Below, one piece after another: positions 45,346 through 57,085 of a DNA stretch of 64,000 bases. The translations under genes were made by a program, and so were the position numbers. The stretch spans positions 1 to 64,000 of the forward strand of contig NW_024056028.1 of assembly GCF_902713615.1 (NCBI RefSeq), written 5' to 3'. The notes under the pieces are model-generated. The model was not told the origin of the DNA and searched no databases. It saw only the letters and a list, made by a program, of their open reading frames with translations. Position 1 is the stretch's first letter. Every line of letters begins with the position of its first letter. The stretch is from Scyliorhinus canicula (lineage: Eukaryota).

Positions 45346-45519
45346 TATGCTGGATGAACTCAACAGGTTTTGCAGCATCATAGAATCCCTACAGTGCAGA
45401 TGTAGGCCATTAGGCCCATCAAGTTAGCACTAACACTACAAAAGAGCACCCCACCCAGGTGTACTTACCCTGTCCTCTCCCCATAACTCTAAAAGGAGAG
45501 TCACAAAGACACTGGCACC

Positions 45520-46240
45520 ATGGACAAACCGTGGAAATGTGAGGACTGTGGGAAGGGATTCATATCCCCATCTGTGCTGGAAATTCATTGGCGCAGTCAC
45601 AATGGGGAAAGACCATTCACCTGCTACGAGTGTGGGAAGAGGTTCACTCGACTAACCCACCTCACCACACTCCCAAGTTGTTCACTCTGACACCTGACCT
45701 TTTAAATGTTCAGACTGTGAGAAGAGCTTTAAAAGAAAAGCAAATCTGCTGATACACAAGCGGGTTCACACCGAGGAGAGGCCGTACCCCTGCTCTGAGT
45801 GTGGGAAGGGATTCACTCAGTTATCAACCCCAATGGGACATGAACACATTCACACTGGGGAGAGACCATTCACCTGCCTGGAGTGTGGAAATGGATTCAC
45901 TCAATCTGCCCACCTCACTTCACACCAACGTGTTCACTCTGACACGAGACCATTTAAATGTTCCGCCTGTGAGAAGAGCTTCAAAGGCAAAATGGATCTG
46001 CTGATTCACCAGCGCAGTCACACTGGAGAGAGGCCGTTCACCTGCTCCATGTGTGGGAAGGGATTCACTCAGCATTCCCTCCGGCTGAAACACCAGCGCA
46101 TTCACACCAGGGAGGGAGCGTTCATCTGTTCCCTGTGTGGGAAGGGATTCATTCAGTCATCCACCCTTCAGACACACCAGCGAATTCACAAGTGCCTCCA
46201 GGACTCTGCTGTTATTGATGTTAATCACAGCCAGGACTGA
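45520..46240 (+). pseudogene. C2H2 zinc-finger pseudogene ZNF-B (about 8 fingers)
   Basis: [14 protein letters not shown] at 45520; frameshift near 45670 and an in-frame tga in a linker near 45695; distal 45833-46240 open with 4 fingers; a partial duplicate lies at ~46390-46535. Confidence 0.8.
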
Positions 46241-46617
46241 TCCATGTTGATTCTGACATCTGGAGTTTGATTGAGTTGATATTAATAATCCCTGAAACTG
46301 AGATTAGAATAGATTGGTGCTTGATAGCCGGCACAGACACAATGGAACAAAGGGCCTTGTTTTGTGCTGTAAAACTCTATAACTCGAACCCATCTCACTT
46401 CACACCAACATATTCACTCTGACACAAGACATTTTATGTGTTCTGACTGTGAGAAGAGCTTTCGAAGCAAAATGAACCAGCTGACTCACCAACGTGCTCA
46501 CACTGGAGACCGTTCACTGCTCCGAGAGTGGGAAGGGATTTTTTTTCCCCGATTGCCCCCCCGCACCTCCCCCAACCCGAGACTGGAAATTCCCACCCAA
46601 GGTAAAGGACCTTTAAA

Positions 46618-47062
46618 GGGGTGGCACAGTAGTACAGTGATTAGCACTGTTGCTTCACAGCGCTAGGGTCCCAGGTTCGATTCCAGTTTGGGTCACTGTC
46701 TATGCGGAGTCTGCACGTTCTGCCCATGTCTGCGTGGGTTTCCTCCAGGTGCTCCAGCTTCCCCCCCCCACAAATCCCGAAAGACATGCTGTTAGGTAAT
46801 TTGGACATTCTGTCATATGAGAGTAGCTTTGAGAAATGGGTGTTTATCAAATAGCTGCAGTGATATCAGAGTGTGGGTGGAGCTGGGCTGTCTGTCTTCC
46901 TGCAGCTATTTGATAAATCCCCAGGTCTTAAAGATACTCTCACATGACAATTCTGAATTCTCCCTCTTTGTACCTGAACAGGCTCCGGAATGTGCTGACT
47001 GGGGACTTTTCACGGTAACTTCATTGCAGTGTTAATGTAAGACTACTTGTGACAATAAAGAT
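46618..47062 (+). mobile_element. HE1/V-SINE interrupted by a 139-bp element
   Basis: Head at 46618; tail gtaacttcattgcagtgttaatgtaagactacttgtgacaataaagattt. Confidence 0.82.
46811..46949. mobile_element. 139-bp TGT...ACA element with 50-bp inverted termini and a 4-bp TSD
   Basis: Arms 46811-46860 and 46900-46949 match at 43 of 50 positions; attc duplicated at 46807-46810 and 46950-46953 inside the SINE. Confidence 0.8.
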
Positions 47063-47569
47063 TTAGATGATTTAAAAAATGTTCCGGTAAATTGTCATCC
47101 CGCCCGCAATGATTCGCATGACCGGAAATATGACCCCAACAAATGGGATAAAGTCAAATCTTTAAAAGTCAAAGTCTTTATTTCAAATTGTTGCCGTGTT
47201 GTGAGGGGAAAAGGTTAACTTCTCTGCTTGTTTACAAAAGGGAAGAGGAAACATTCACAAAGCTTCCCACAGCTTGTGAACTCCGAAACATAAATTCAAG
47301 GCTGAAGTTTATCTTCAGAGATTGAAACATTTTGGTGCCTTTTCCAATTGTACCAGTAAATTGTGATTCACACTGAAAGGTTTACTTTCACTTAGTAATT
47401 AGAACATTTCACTTTCTCAGCACAAACACTTTAGATCAAATCCCAATTGTTCTCTTCCCTTGTAGCTGGTGTGTGGAGAAGATCATGTTCGCTGTAGATC
47501 TGTCAGCACAGAAACCGCACTGTGCTTCTGGATAAACTCAGTTTGCAAGTAGATGAATCTTTTAAACAT

Positions 47570-48170
47570 CACCCAAGTGAAGGTCTTCCCCTGACTCTAA
47601 GGAGTGAGATGTCCCTGTAGTTGATGCTGTCTCCTCTGTCACTGCTGTTTTTATTGCATCACACATGTTCCGTGGACCAGTCTCACAGCCCAAAAGGGGA
47701 GGGCAGGAAGGTGTGACAGTCGATGGGACTTTCTGTGTGTGAACAGTTCAGCTGGAATTCCATCCTTGCTGGGCACCTTTCTGCTTGCTCAGCAATCAAT
47801 GGCCTTTTCCAGCTCAAATGATGAGAGTTCCTTGTCCAACTCAACCATGACAGGAAGCTGCAGGAGAGTCAAACAGAGATTGGGAGATGCCCTTCTCACA
47901 GGGGTACAGCTCACTGTTGTGTTCAACCCAGCTCCTCCTCACTCGCACCATGACTGACACTGAGCATGCTCAGAGCACACACCCACACTGCACCTGTGCA
48001 CTGGCATCGTACACTCACTGATAGGGAACTTTCTGCAGCGTGGGGGATTCTGGGTAACACAGCCACCATAGAGAGCAATTAGTAAACAGGAAGATTCTAT
48101 TTCCAAGTTAGCAAAACAGTTAGGCAAGATGCTGGGCATGAAGCACAATGAGAGGTTTCGATACTTTATT
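47570..48170 (-). mobile_element. RTE-clade LINE fragment
   Basis: Minus strand reads RLLQLPVMVELDKELSSFELEKAIDC*ASRKVPSKDGIPAELF, the pre-RT region typical of RTE. Confidence 0.55.
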
Positions 48171-48489
48171 TAATACAGAAGCACATTATTCTGATATCAC
48201 TTAGACATGGGCAGCAAGCAGGCTGATCTACAGTATGTACAGTATTTACAACATCTGGGACACGGTATATCATCTCAACAAACCAGTGATAAGTTTATTT
48301 ACTGTTCATAATTGTGACTGGGTCACACTCACGATTCATGCAAAATGCAACTCCCCAGGTTTTTTGACCCATTCCCTCCAGACCTGTTTTCACTCCAAGG
48401 GTCTTGACATCTGCCTCAGTCTTTATCCAGCCATGTATGTTCAGCTCACACTGCCCAACAACCAGCCTCTCCTGCACTGGGCCACAGGG

Positions 48490-49140
48490 TTTCCATCACC
48501 AAAAATCTGTCCTGGTCCACCCACATCGACGCTACCACCAAGAAAGCAAAACAGCGCCTATACTTCTTCAGGAAACTAAGGAAATTTGGCATGTCCATAC
48601 TGACTCTTACCAAATTTTACAGATGCACCTTAGGAAGCATTCTATCTGGCTGCATCACAGCCTGGTATGGCAACTGCTCGGCCCAAGACCACAAGAAACT
48701 TCAGAGAGTAATGAACACAGCCCAGTCCATCACACAAACCTGCCTCCCATCCATTGACTCTATCCACACCTCCCGCTGACCTTGGGAAAGCGGGCAGCAC
48801 AATCAAAGACCCCTCCCACCCAGCTTACTCACTCTTTCAACTTCTTCCATCAGGCAGGAGATGTAAAAGTCTGAGAACACGCACGAACAGATTGGAAACA
48901 GCTTCTTCCCTGCTATTACCAGAGTCCTAAACAACCCTCTTCTGGACTGACCTGATTAATACTACACTCCTATATGCTTCACTCAATGCCTTTGTCTACG
49001 TATTTACATTGTGTACCTTGTGTTGCCCTATTATGTATTTTCTTTTTAGTTTACTTTCTTTTCATGTATAAAATTACCTGTTTGAGCTGCTCGCAGAATA
49101 ATAATTTTCACTGTACCTCGGTGCACGTGACAATAAACAA
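48490..49140 (+). mobile_element. Rex1/Babar LINE 3' region
   Basis: LTKFYRCTLGSILSGCITAWYGNCSAQDHKKLQRVMNTAQSIT; tail cactgtacctcggtgcacgtgacaataaac (tail fragment also at ~59930-60020). Confidence 0.75.
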
Positions 49141-49529
49141 ATCCAATTCATATCGAGGGAGCAATCTGCCTCTCTTGCATTGGTGCACTGCATTTCCCTC
49201 ATAACACAGTGGCAGAGAAAAGTGACAGCACAAAACAAAGGCACTCAACAAATTGTATCTGTGCCAACTTTCTGCAACAGTCACATTCCCCTGTCTTTGG
49301 CCCTGAACTCTGCAGATATTTTTCTCCTCAAAAGAAACGAACAGATGGCCAAGGAGCTGGAGTTGGCTATTCAGCCCAGTCTGCTCCACCATTTAATAAG
49401 GTCATGGCTGATCTGACAGTAACAGATAGTTGTCCAATTCTCTTTTCAAGGCATCAATTGAATCTGCCTCCACCACATTTTCGAGCAGTGCATTCATGAT
49501 CCCACATGCAGCACAGAATGTTTTTCTTC

Positions 49530-51890
49530 ACATCATAAGACAGAGGAGCAGAATTAGGCCACTCGGCCCATCAAATCTGCTCCACCATTCAATCATGGCT
49601 GATATTTTTCTCATCTCCATTCTCCTGCCTTCACCCCATAACCCCTGATCCCTTATTAATCAAAAACCTATCTATCTCTATCTTAAAGACACTCAGTGAT
49701 TTGGCCTCCATGGCATTCTGTGGCAAAGAGTTCCACAGATTCACCACCCTCCGGCTGAAGAAATTCCTCCTCATCTGTTTTAATTCCCCCTCATCATCTG
49801 AAGAAGGAACTGTGCCCCTAAAGCTAGTGAGTCGAAACAAACCTGTTAGACTTTAATCTGGTGTTGTAAGACTTCTTACTCTTTAGTCTGAGATTGTGTC
49901 CTCTGCTTCTAGTTTTTCCTCAAAGTAGAAACATCTTCTCCATGTCCACTCTACCCAGGGCTCGCAGTATCCCGTAAGTTTTAATAAGATTCCCCCATAT
50001 CCTTCCAAGGCCCAGAGTCCTCAACCGTTCCTCATACAACAAGCTCTTCATTCCAGGGATCATTCTTGTAAACCTCCTCTGGACCCTTTCCAAGGCCAAC
50101 ACATCTTTCCTCAAATACAGGGCCCAAAATGGCTCATAATACTCCAAATGGGGTCTGATCAGAGCCTTATATAGCCTCAGACGTATATCCCTGGTCTTGT
50201 ATTCTAGCCCTCTTGAAGGATTCGACTGTGTTAGTTGAGGGATTTTGAAAAACCCATTCAAGGTTACCAGCTGCACTTGCGATTACTGGAACTTATTCGA
50301 AATTTGAGTTAAAACTTGTCAGGTGCAAACAAGAATTGTTTTATTTGTCTTCTATTGATTGCAACTTGAAAGTCTTTTAAAAGGCAGTTTGTAGACAATT
50401 TGAAGCTTTCAAAGAATCACAGGAATTATCTTCTTAGACAAACAGCTCGAAACATAAAACTTTTAAAAGTCAAAGTCTGAAAATGAAATGTGAATACAGA
50501 GAGACAGTAAATAGTTAAGATCAAAGTACAGATGCTTCTAACCCCCCAACAAAACCTACCAAAGACTAACTGAAGCTACCTACCCCACCATCCCAAAAAC
50601 TATCCTCAAAAACTATTCTCCTCAAAAGCTAAAACTAACCCCCCCAAAAATTATCCAAAAACTAACCCTGAAACTAAACCTAAAATGGCAAAACAAAAAC
50701 TCTCTAGTTATACTGTTTGATATCTGTCTTAAGTCGTCTGATCACACCCCAATATAATCCTAATTGGTTTGGGTTAGACTCAAACACATTTGATTTGACG
50801 GCAGCCGTCCATCTTCAATATGTAACATTACTTCTAATTGTTGCCTATCTGCATACTTGTGCATGTTAAAGAATGCGATATTGTGCTTCATCAAAAACTG
50901 GTTTTCAGCTGACTTGACTATTGTAACAATGGAGATTTCATGTTATCTTGTCATGCCATGCTGGACAATGACTTGATAAATGTAAATCAAACTGTCTATT
51001 GTAATCTAGTAAAGTGAATTATGCTGCTTCTATGAAATTGTTATGTTTTGAGAATGTTGGAATCAAATATATTTGATTTGATGTTCTAACTGTCCATTTA
51101 TTAAAAACAAGGCAACATAGTCTAAAATGTTTCAGCTTGTATAAGTTATGGAATGTGATTCACCCTAATCTCGAGTGGCGTGAGAACAGTAAAACCTTCA
51201 TTCCTGCCACCTCGTTGCCATAGATTCAGCCTTTGTCCTTGGAGAAATGTAATGAAAAGTGTTTGTCTTATCAGACTTCTGTGTTACTTTAAAAGTATGT
51301 CAATGAATTTGCAGAATATGTGTTTTTTAATCCTTAATATAAAACTGGGGCTTAATATTTATGCTTAAACAGCTATCTTTTACCTATATTAAGTGTATTA
51401 GAAATACCTGGCTCTACGCCTCGCGACATGAATACATTGCTTTTGCCTTCCGAACTGCCGACCGAACCTGCACGTTAACTTTTTTTTTAAAATATTATTT
51501 TTTTAATTTAGAGTACCCAATTCACTTGTTCTAATTAAGGGGCAGTTTAGTGTGGCCAATTCACCTAACCTGCACATCTTTGGGTTGTGGGGGCAAAACC
51601 CACGCAAACACGGGGAGAATGTGCAAACTCCACCCAGACAGTGACCCAGAGCCAGGATCGAACCTGGGACCTCGGCGCAGTGAGGCTGCAGTGCACCTGA
51701 ACGTTAACCTGAAGAGAATCTTGAACAAGGACTCCCAAGTCCCTTTGTGTTTGTGATTTCCTCAGCATTTCCCCATTTAGAAAATAGTCTATGCCTCCAT
51801 TTCTCCTTCCAAAGTGCATAACCTCACACTTTTCCACATTGTATTCCATCTGCCACTTCTTTGCCCACTCTCCTAGCCTTGCTCAGCATT
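49530..51890 (-). mobile_element. CR1 3' region interrupted by a Penelope fragment (~49790-49882), a 1.2-kb unclassified insert (50218-51427) and a SINE (51480-51695)
   Basis: RPHLEYYEPFWALYLRKDVLALERVQRRFTRMIPG and MEYNVEKCEVMHFGRRN on the minus strand. Confidence 0.75.
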
Positions 51891-52054
51891 GCTTCTTTTT
51901 CTAATCACTTTAAATGAATGCCCTCTGTTTATAATCTTGCCCAAAATATGACTTTATAGATCAAACGTCTATTGTAGATCCTTAGTTTTAATGTGGTCGA
52001 CTGCCTTTCCATTTGAGAACTGTTCAATTAAGTTATTAGAATTATTTGTAGCTA

Positions 52055-52290
52055 GGGCAGCACGTGGAGCAATGGTTAGCAGTGGGAAGTGGGACTGCAG
52101 CGCTGAGGACCCGAGTTTGAATCCCAACCCTGGGTCACTGTACGTGTGGAGTTTGCACATTCTCCACATGTCTGCATGGGTTTCACCCCCACAACCCAAA
52201 GATGTGCAGATCAGGTGGATTGGCCAGGCTAAATTGCCCCTTAATTGGAAAAAAAAATAATAATAATTGGGTACTCTGAATTTTTTTTTA
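52055..52290 (+). mobile_element. HE1/V-SINE
   Basis: gggcagcacgtgg head; tail aattgggtactctgaattt. Confidence 0.82.
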
Positions 52291-52570
52291 AGAAAAGGAT
52301 TATTTGTAACTTCCCCACCAATCAGTTTTTTCTATTATCCTGAAGTGACCTTATTTCTATCGGGAGTTAACTGAAGTGTGTTCCTAACCTCTCATTATCT
52401 AAATTTCCATTCACCACTTTTCTGTCCACCTGACCCAGTCCATGGCTTTGTCCCTCATTGTCTAAAACACATCAGCAACTTATAATCCTGGTGCATACAT
52501 TTCAGTCTAAATCACTGATATATCCCGGAAAACTGTGGCGACCCACTGGAAACAGACGTCCAGGCATCAT

Positions 52571-53168
52571 TCAGTCCTGGATGTGACTAACAGCAGCAAC
52601 AACAGCTGAATCCAAACCCTGCTGTTGCCTGTGAACTTGCTGATGTCTGTGCAGGTTGTTTGACTGAGTGAATCTCCTCCTACACACAGAGCAGTTAAAC
52701 AGCCTCTCCCCAGGACTGCTCCGACGTGTGGGCCACATTGTAGCACAGTGGTTAGCACTGTTGCTTCAAAGCTCCAGGGTCCCAGAATTCTCGGCTTGGC
52801 TCACTGTCTATGTGGAGATTGCACGTTCTCCACATGTCTGCGTGGGTTTCCTCCGGGTGCTCCAGTTTCCTCCCACAAGTCCAAAAACGTGCACATGAGG
52901 TTAGGTGGGGTTATGGGTTAGGTTGGAGGTATGGGCTTAAGTAAGGTGACCTTTCCAAGGGCCGCTGCACTCGATGGGCCGAATGCCCTCATGCACTGTA
53001 AATTCTATGATTCTGTTTCAGAACTCGCTGGTGTTTCTGCAGGTTTGGTTTACTTTTAGACCTCTTTTCTAAGTCAGAACATTTAAAAGGTTTCTGGTCA
53101 GTGTGAACAAGTTGGTGTGTAGTCAGGCGGGATGACTGAGTAAATTTCTTGTCACACATGGGGCAAGA
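52571..53168 (-). pseudogene. Relic 3' fingers of ZNF-C beyond the present stop, split by an HE1 SINE at 52730-53012
   Basis: After the stop: SCPMCDKKFTQSSRLTTHQLVHTDQKPFKCSDLEK..; beyond the SINE: GERLFNCSVCRRRFTQSNNLHRHQQVHRQQQGLDSAVVAAVSHIQD*. Confidence 0.75.
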
Positions 53169-54527
53169 TTACAGTCTCTGCCCAGTGTGAACTCGCTGGT
53201 GTTGCAGAAGCTGGGATGAACATGTGAATCCCTTCCCACACACGGAGCAGGTGAATGGCCTCTCCCCAGTGTGAGTGCGTTGGTGTCTCAGTAAATGCAT
53301 TTTACTTTTAAAGCTCTTCTCACAGTCAGCACATTTAAAAGGTCTCTGATCAGTATGAACAAGTTGGTGTCTCAGGAGGATTGATGACCGAGTGAATCCC
53401 TTCCCACAAACGGAGCAGATGAATGGCCACTCCCCAGTGTGAGTGCGTTGATGTGTCAGTAAATCCTTTCTGCTTTTAAAGCTCTTTTCACAGTCAGCAC
53501 ATTTAAACGGTCTCTGGTCAGAGTGGACCTGACGGTGAGCCCGGAGGCTTGATGAAGCATTAAATCCCTTCCCACATTCCAAACAGGCGAATGGCCTCTC
53601 CCCAGTGTGAATGCGTTGATGTAACAGTAAACGATTTCTGCTTTTAAAGCTCTTCTCACAGTCAGCACATTTAAACGGTCTCTGGTCAGAGTGGACCTGA
53701 CGGTGAGCCCAAAGGCTTGATGAAGCATTAAATTCCTTCCCACATTCCAAACAGGCGAATGGCCTCTCCCCAGTGTGAATGCGTTGATGTAACAGTAAAC
53801 TATTTCTGCTTTTAAAGCTCTTCTCACAGTCAGCACATTTAAACGGTCTCTGATCAGTATGAACAAGTTGGTGTGTCAGGAGGTTGAATGACCGAGTGAA
53901 TCCCTTCCCACACACGGAGCAGATGAATGGCCTCTCCCCAGTGTGAGTGCGTTGATGTGTCAGTAAATCATTTCTGCTTTTAAAGCTCTTATCACAGTCA
54001 GCACATTTAAACGGTCTCTGGTCAGAGTGGACCTGACGGTGACCCCGGAGGTTTGATGAAGCATTAAATGCCATCCCACATTCCAAACAGGCGAATGGCC
54101 TCTCCCCAGTGTGAATGCGTTGATGTAACAGTAAACGATTTCTGCTTTTAAAGCTCTTCTCACAGTCAGCACATTTAAAAGGTCTCTGATCAGTATGAAC
54201 AAGTTGGTGTGTCAGGAGGTGGAATGACCGAGTGAATCCCTTCCCACACACGGGGCAGATGAATGGTCTCTCTCCTGTGTGTGTGCGTTGATGTCTCAGT
54301 AAATAATTGCTGCGTTTAAAGCTCTTTCCACAGTCAGCACATTTAAACGGTCTCTGGTCAGTGTGAACAAGTTGGTGTTTCAGGAGGTGGGATGACAGAG
54401 TGAATCCCTTCCCACACACAGAGCAGGTGAATGGCCTTTCTGCAGTGTGAATACGTTGATGAGTTTCCAATTCAGATGGGTAATTGAATCCCATCCCACA
54501 GTGCCCACATTTCCACGGTTTCTCCAT
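53169..54527 (-). CDS. C2H2 zinc-finger protein ZNF-C, 452 aa from the ATG, 16 tandem fingers, no effector domain visible
   Basis: Uninterrupted ORF MEKPWKCGHCG.. with 16 canonical C2H2 units and alternating TGERPF and (T/S)DQRPF linkers. Confidence 0.92.
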   Translation of the reverse strand: MEKPWKCGHCGMGFNYPSELETHQRIHTAERPFTCSVCGKGFTLSSHLLKHQLVHTDQRPFKCADCGKSFKRSNYLLRHQRTHTGERPFICPVCGKGFTRSFHLLTHQLVHTDQRPFKCADCEKSFKSRNRLLLHQRIHTGERPFACLECGMAFNASSNLRGHRQVHSDQRPFKCADCDKSFKSRNDLLTHQRTHTGERPFICSVCGKGFTRSFNLLTHQLVHTDQRPFKCADCEKSFKSRNSLLLHQRIHTGERPFACLECGKEFNASSSLWAHRQVHSDQRPFKCADCEKSFKSRNRLLLHQRIHTGERPFACLECGKGFNASSSLRAHRQVHSDQRPFKCADCEKSFKSRKDLLTHQRTHTGEWPFICSVCGKGFTRSSILLRHQLVHTDQRPFKCADCEKSFKSKMHLLRHQRTHTGERPFTCSVCGKGFTCSSQLLQHQRVHTGQRL

Positions 54528-56420
54528 GGTTATCGACAAGTTGTCAGGTGTAGGTGGGATGCAGATTTGAGGTCACTATCAGATCAGCCGTGATGTTATT
54601 AAATGGTGGAACAGGCTCACGGGGCTGAATGTCCTATTGCTGCTTCTTGATTCCTTTGGTGCGAATGTCCTTATGTCTCTCCAACTTGGATCATCAGCTG
54701 AAGCCTGAGTACGGTATCTCCCTGATGTAAATGCTGCAATTTAATTTCATGCTGTGTGATTGGTTAAAGCTCAGTTCCAGCTAACTGTGGAAAATTACTT
54801 ACATGTCTGTGTCTCAGTGCTTTTCCAATCACAGTGATTTTTGAAATTTTCCCCCAAAGACAAAACAGACAAACATTTCTCCTTCCACGTTGAAAGGCCG
54901 GTCCTGATGAATCAAGTGATTCTGTCAGATCTCAACATGATGTTTGTATCTGCAAATATTCTGTAAAAGGAGATTACATTGAATTACTGTGAATATATAA
55001 GACACAAACAGACCATTCTGTCACAGATTCTGCTGCTGTCAATACTCGGCACACATCTCCGACTGTCACACCTATCAAATCTCAGCCTTTCAGCTAATTT
55101 TCGATTCCATTTTCTCTCATGTGCTTGTCCCTTTTCCTTTTGGAAACATCTCAGCACTTTCCTCAACTCCTTTCTGTGGTAATGAGTTGCACATTCTGAA
55201 CCTGTGATAAATAATTTTGTCCGTATTGTCCCCTTGGATTTATTCTTAACTATATTGTATTTATGACTTGTAGTTTATTGATGATCACTCTCTCACATCG
55301 CCCCTCTCCAAACTACAGACAATTTAAAGATTTATAGCAGGTCACTGCTTAATTTGTTGTTGTCGATAGAAAAAAGGCCCCACTCCATTTAATCTTTCCC
55401 GAGAGCTGTAATCTCTCATGTTACAAAAGTCATCACTGTCAATGCAGGATAGAATTCTCAGAGAGACAAACCTTTCCGTTGGGTTCAGTTTGTTGTGTGC
55501 AAATTCTCCAGTTCTAACCCACTGTAAAAGGAGTTTACAAAAGTCATCACTGTCAATCCAGGATAGAAATTCTAAACAGACAATTCTAGTTTCTCTGGAA
55601 CATTTTTTGCTCTCTTGTTCCCCCAAAGCTGTAAATCCCCATCCCACACTCTCCCTCCTCCCTGGGCTGAAATCCAAACCCATCTCACCATCTCCACCAT
55701 TTCTTTCCTCCACTCCCAGTTTTCTCCCTCCCTCTCCTCTGCCTGGGTTCAGTTCTCCAGCTCCTGTCTGCAGACTGACAATGAAATCAATGGGTCTTAA
55801 TGTTGAAGCCTCATTGACACAGTATATGTCCAGGGTGACTACTCATTGTGAATGCTGTTGTTTTGCTTTCAGGCTGGTGAAAGCTCTTTCCAGGGTCAGC
55901 ACATTGGAAACTCTCTCGGGTATTTGCGTATCTTGGTGTTTTCTCACTCACACTGATGGCTCAGATCTTTTTCCACAGACAGAACGGAACAAACATTTCT
56001 CCTTCTGTATACAAAGGCTGATGATATTCAGATTCTGATGAATCAGATCACTAAAGCATCTTGATGTGAAGTTTGGTTTGAGTTTTGTGTCTGTAAATCC
56101 TCTGATATCCTGTAAAAATAATTTTACAAAATCCATCACCGACAGGATACAGGGGGCTTGGGGCCTCCAGCGGGTGTTTGTGAATCCTCCCCGCCCACCT
56201 GCCAGGGTTTCCTTCCTTGCCAGAGATCAGAGTCCTGATTGATTTGAGTGCAAAGTGTAAGCTCTTATTTATTATCCCCCCTCCCCCATCACTGTGATGT
56301 GAACCACCCTCCAGTGTGTGAAGCAGGATGGTGCCCGTTAACCTGGGCCTGTTCCCGGGAGGGAGGGAGAAGCTCCGCAGCTGCAAACCAGGGAGCTGAC
56401 AATGATGGTGAAGGGTTTGA

Positions 56421-57085
56421 TCCAGCTCACAATGCCCGGGGACTGATTGACGTCGGGTTCGGACCAATAGGAAGAGGGGGCCGGCCTGGAAGACCGAACA
56501 AGAGGCTGGTACTCCAGCCAATCAGAGTGAATGGGAGGCGGAGCAAAGCCGGGGCTCTCGCTCCTTCCGCATGCGCCCGGCCGACCCGGGCCTGTTTAGG
56601 TGAAAAGCCCGAGCAGCTTTCGCCGGTTCAACTGCCGTATCCGAGCTTCGTATTCGGGGCTTGGGCTACACGGAGTGTTTATGAAGCCTCCCAACCCATC
56701 CGCCGGCTCCATCCCTCCCTCATGACTTACCCGACGGAATTTGACCAGCTGAGGATATCCACTCAACCTCCTGCAGCCTGCGTTATCATCGGTACTGCGC
56801 ATGCTCCAGTTCACGTGGGAGACCGGCCTCAGCCCCGCCCCTCATTCACGCCGATCGGCGGTGGGGGTTTGCTGCGGCCTCCCGGCCCACCCCTCTCGTC
56901 CTATTGGCCCAGATCTGCCGTCAATCACTCCCTTGGGCATTGTGAGCTGGAGCATGCGCAGTGTCCCCGGTGGAGGCTCCACACCCCAAGAAGTTGTTTT
57001 CGGGCCCGGGTTTGCATCGAGCGGGCGGACCGCTGCAGCCTGCTCCCGGTGACAGGCCTGAGTTAGCGGCCGCCGTCTTTATAGA
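56421..57085. promoter_or_regulatory. CpG island with two promoter modules facing each other
   Basis: Module + at 56421-56580 and module - at 56790-56965 share the exact 17-bp inverted repeat tccagctcacaatgccc (56421-56437 and 56935-56951); minus-strand donor cgg|gtaagt at 56730; YY1-like gccgccgtcttt at ~57070. Confidence 0.6.

Noticed and set aside
42420-54202. Alternative-frame ORFs overlapping the ZNF genes (for example 42420-42662, 53456-53866, 53960-54202)
   Set aside because: They are shadow frames of the repetitive finger code.
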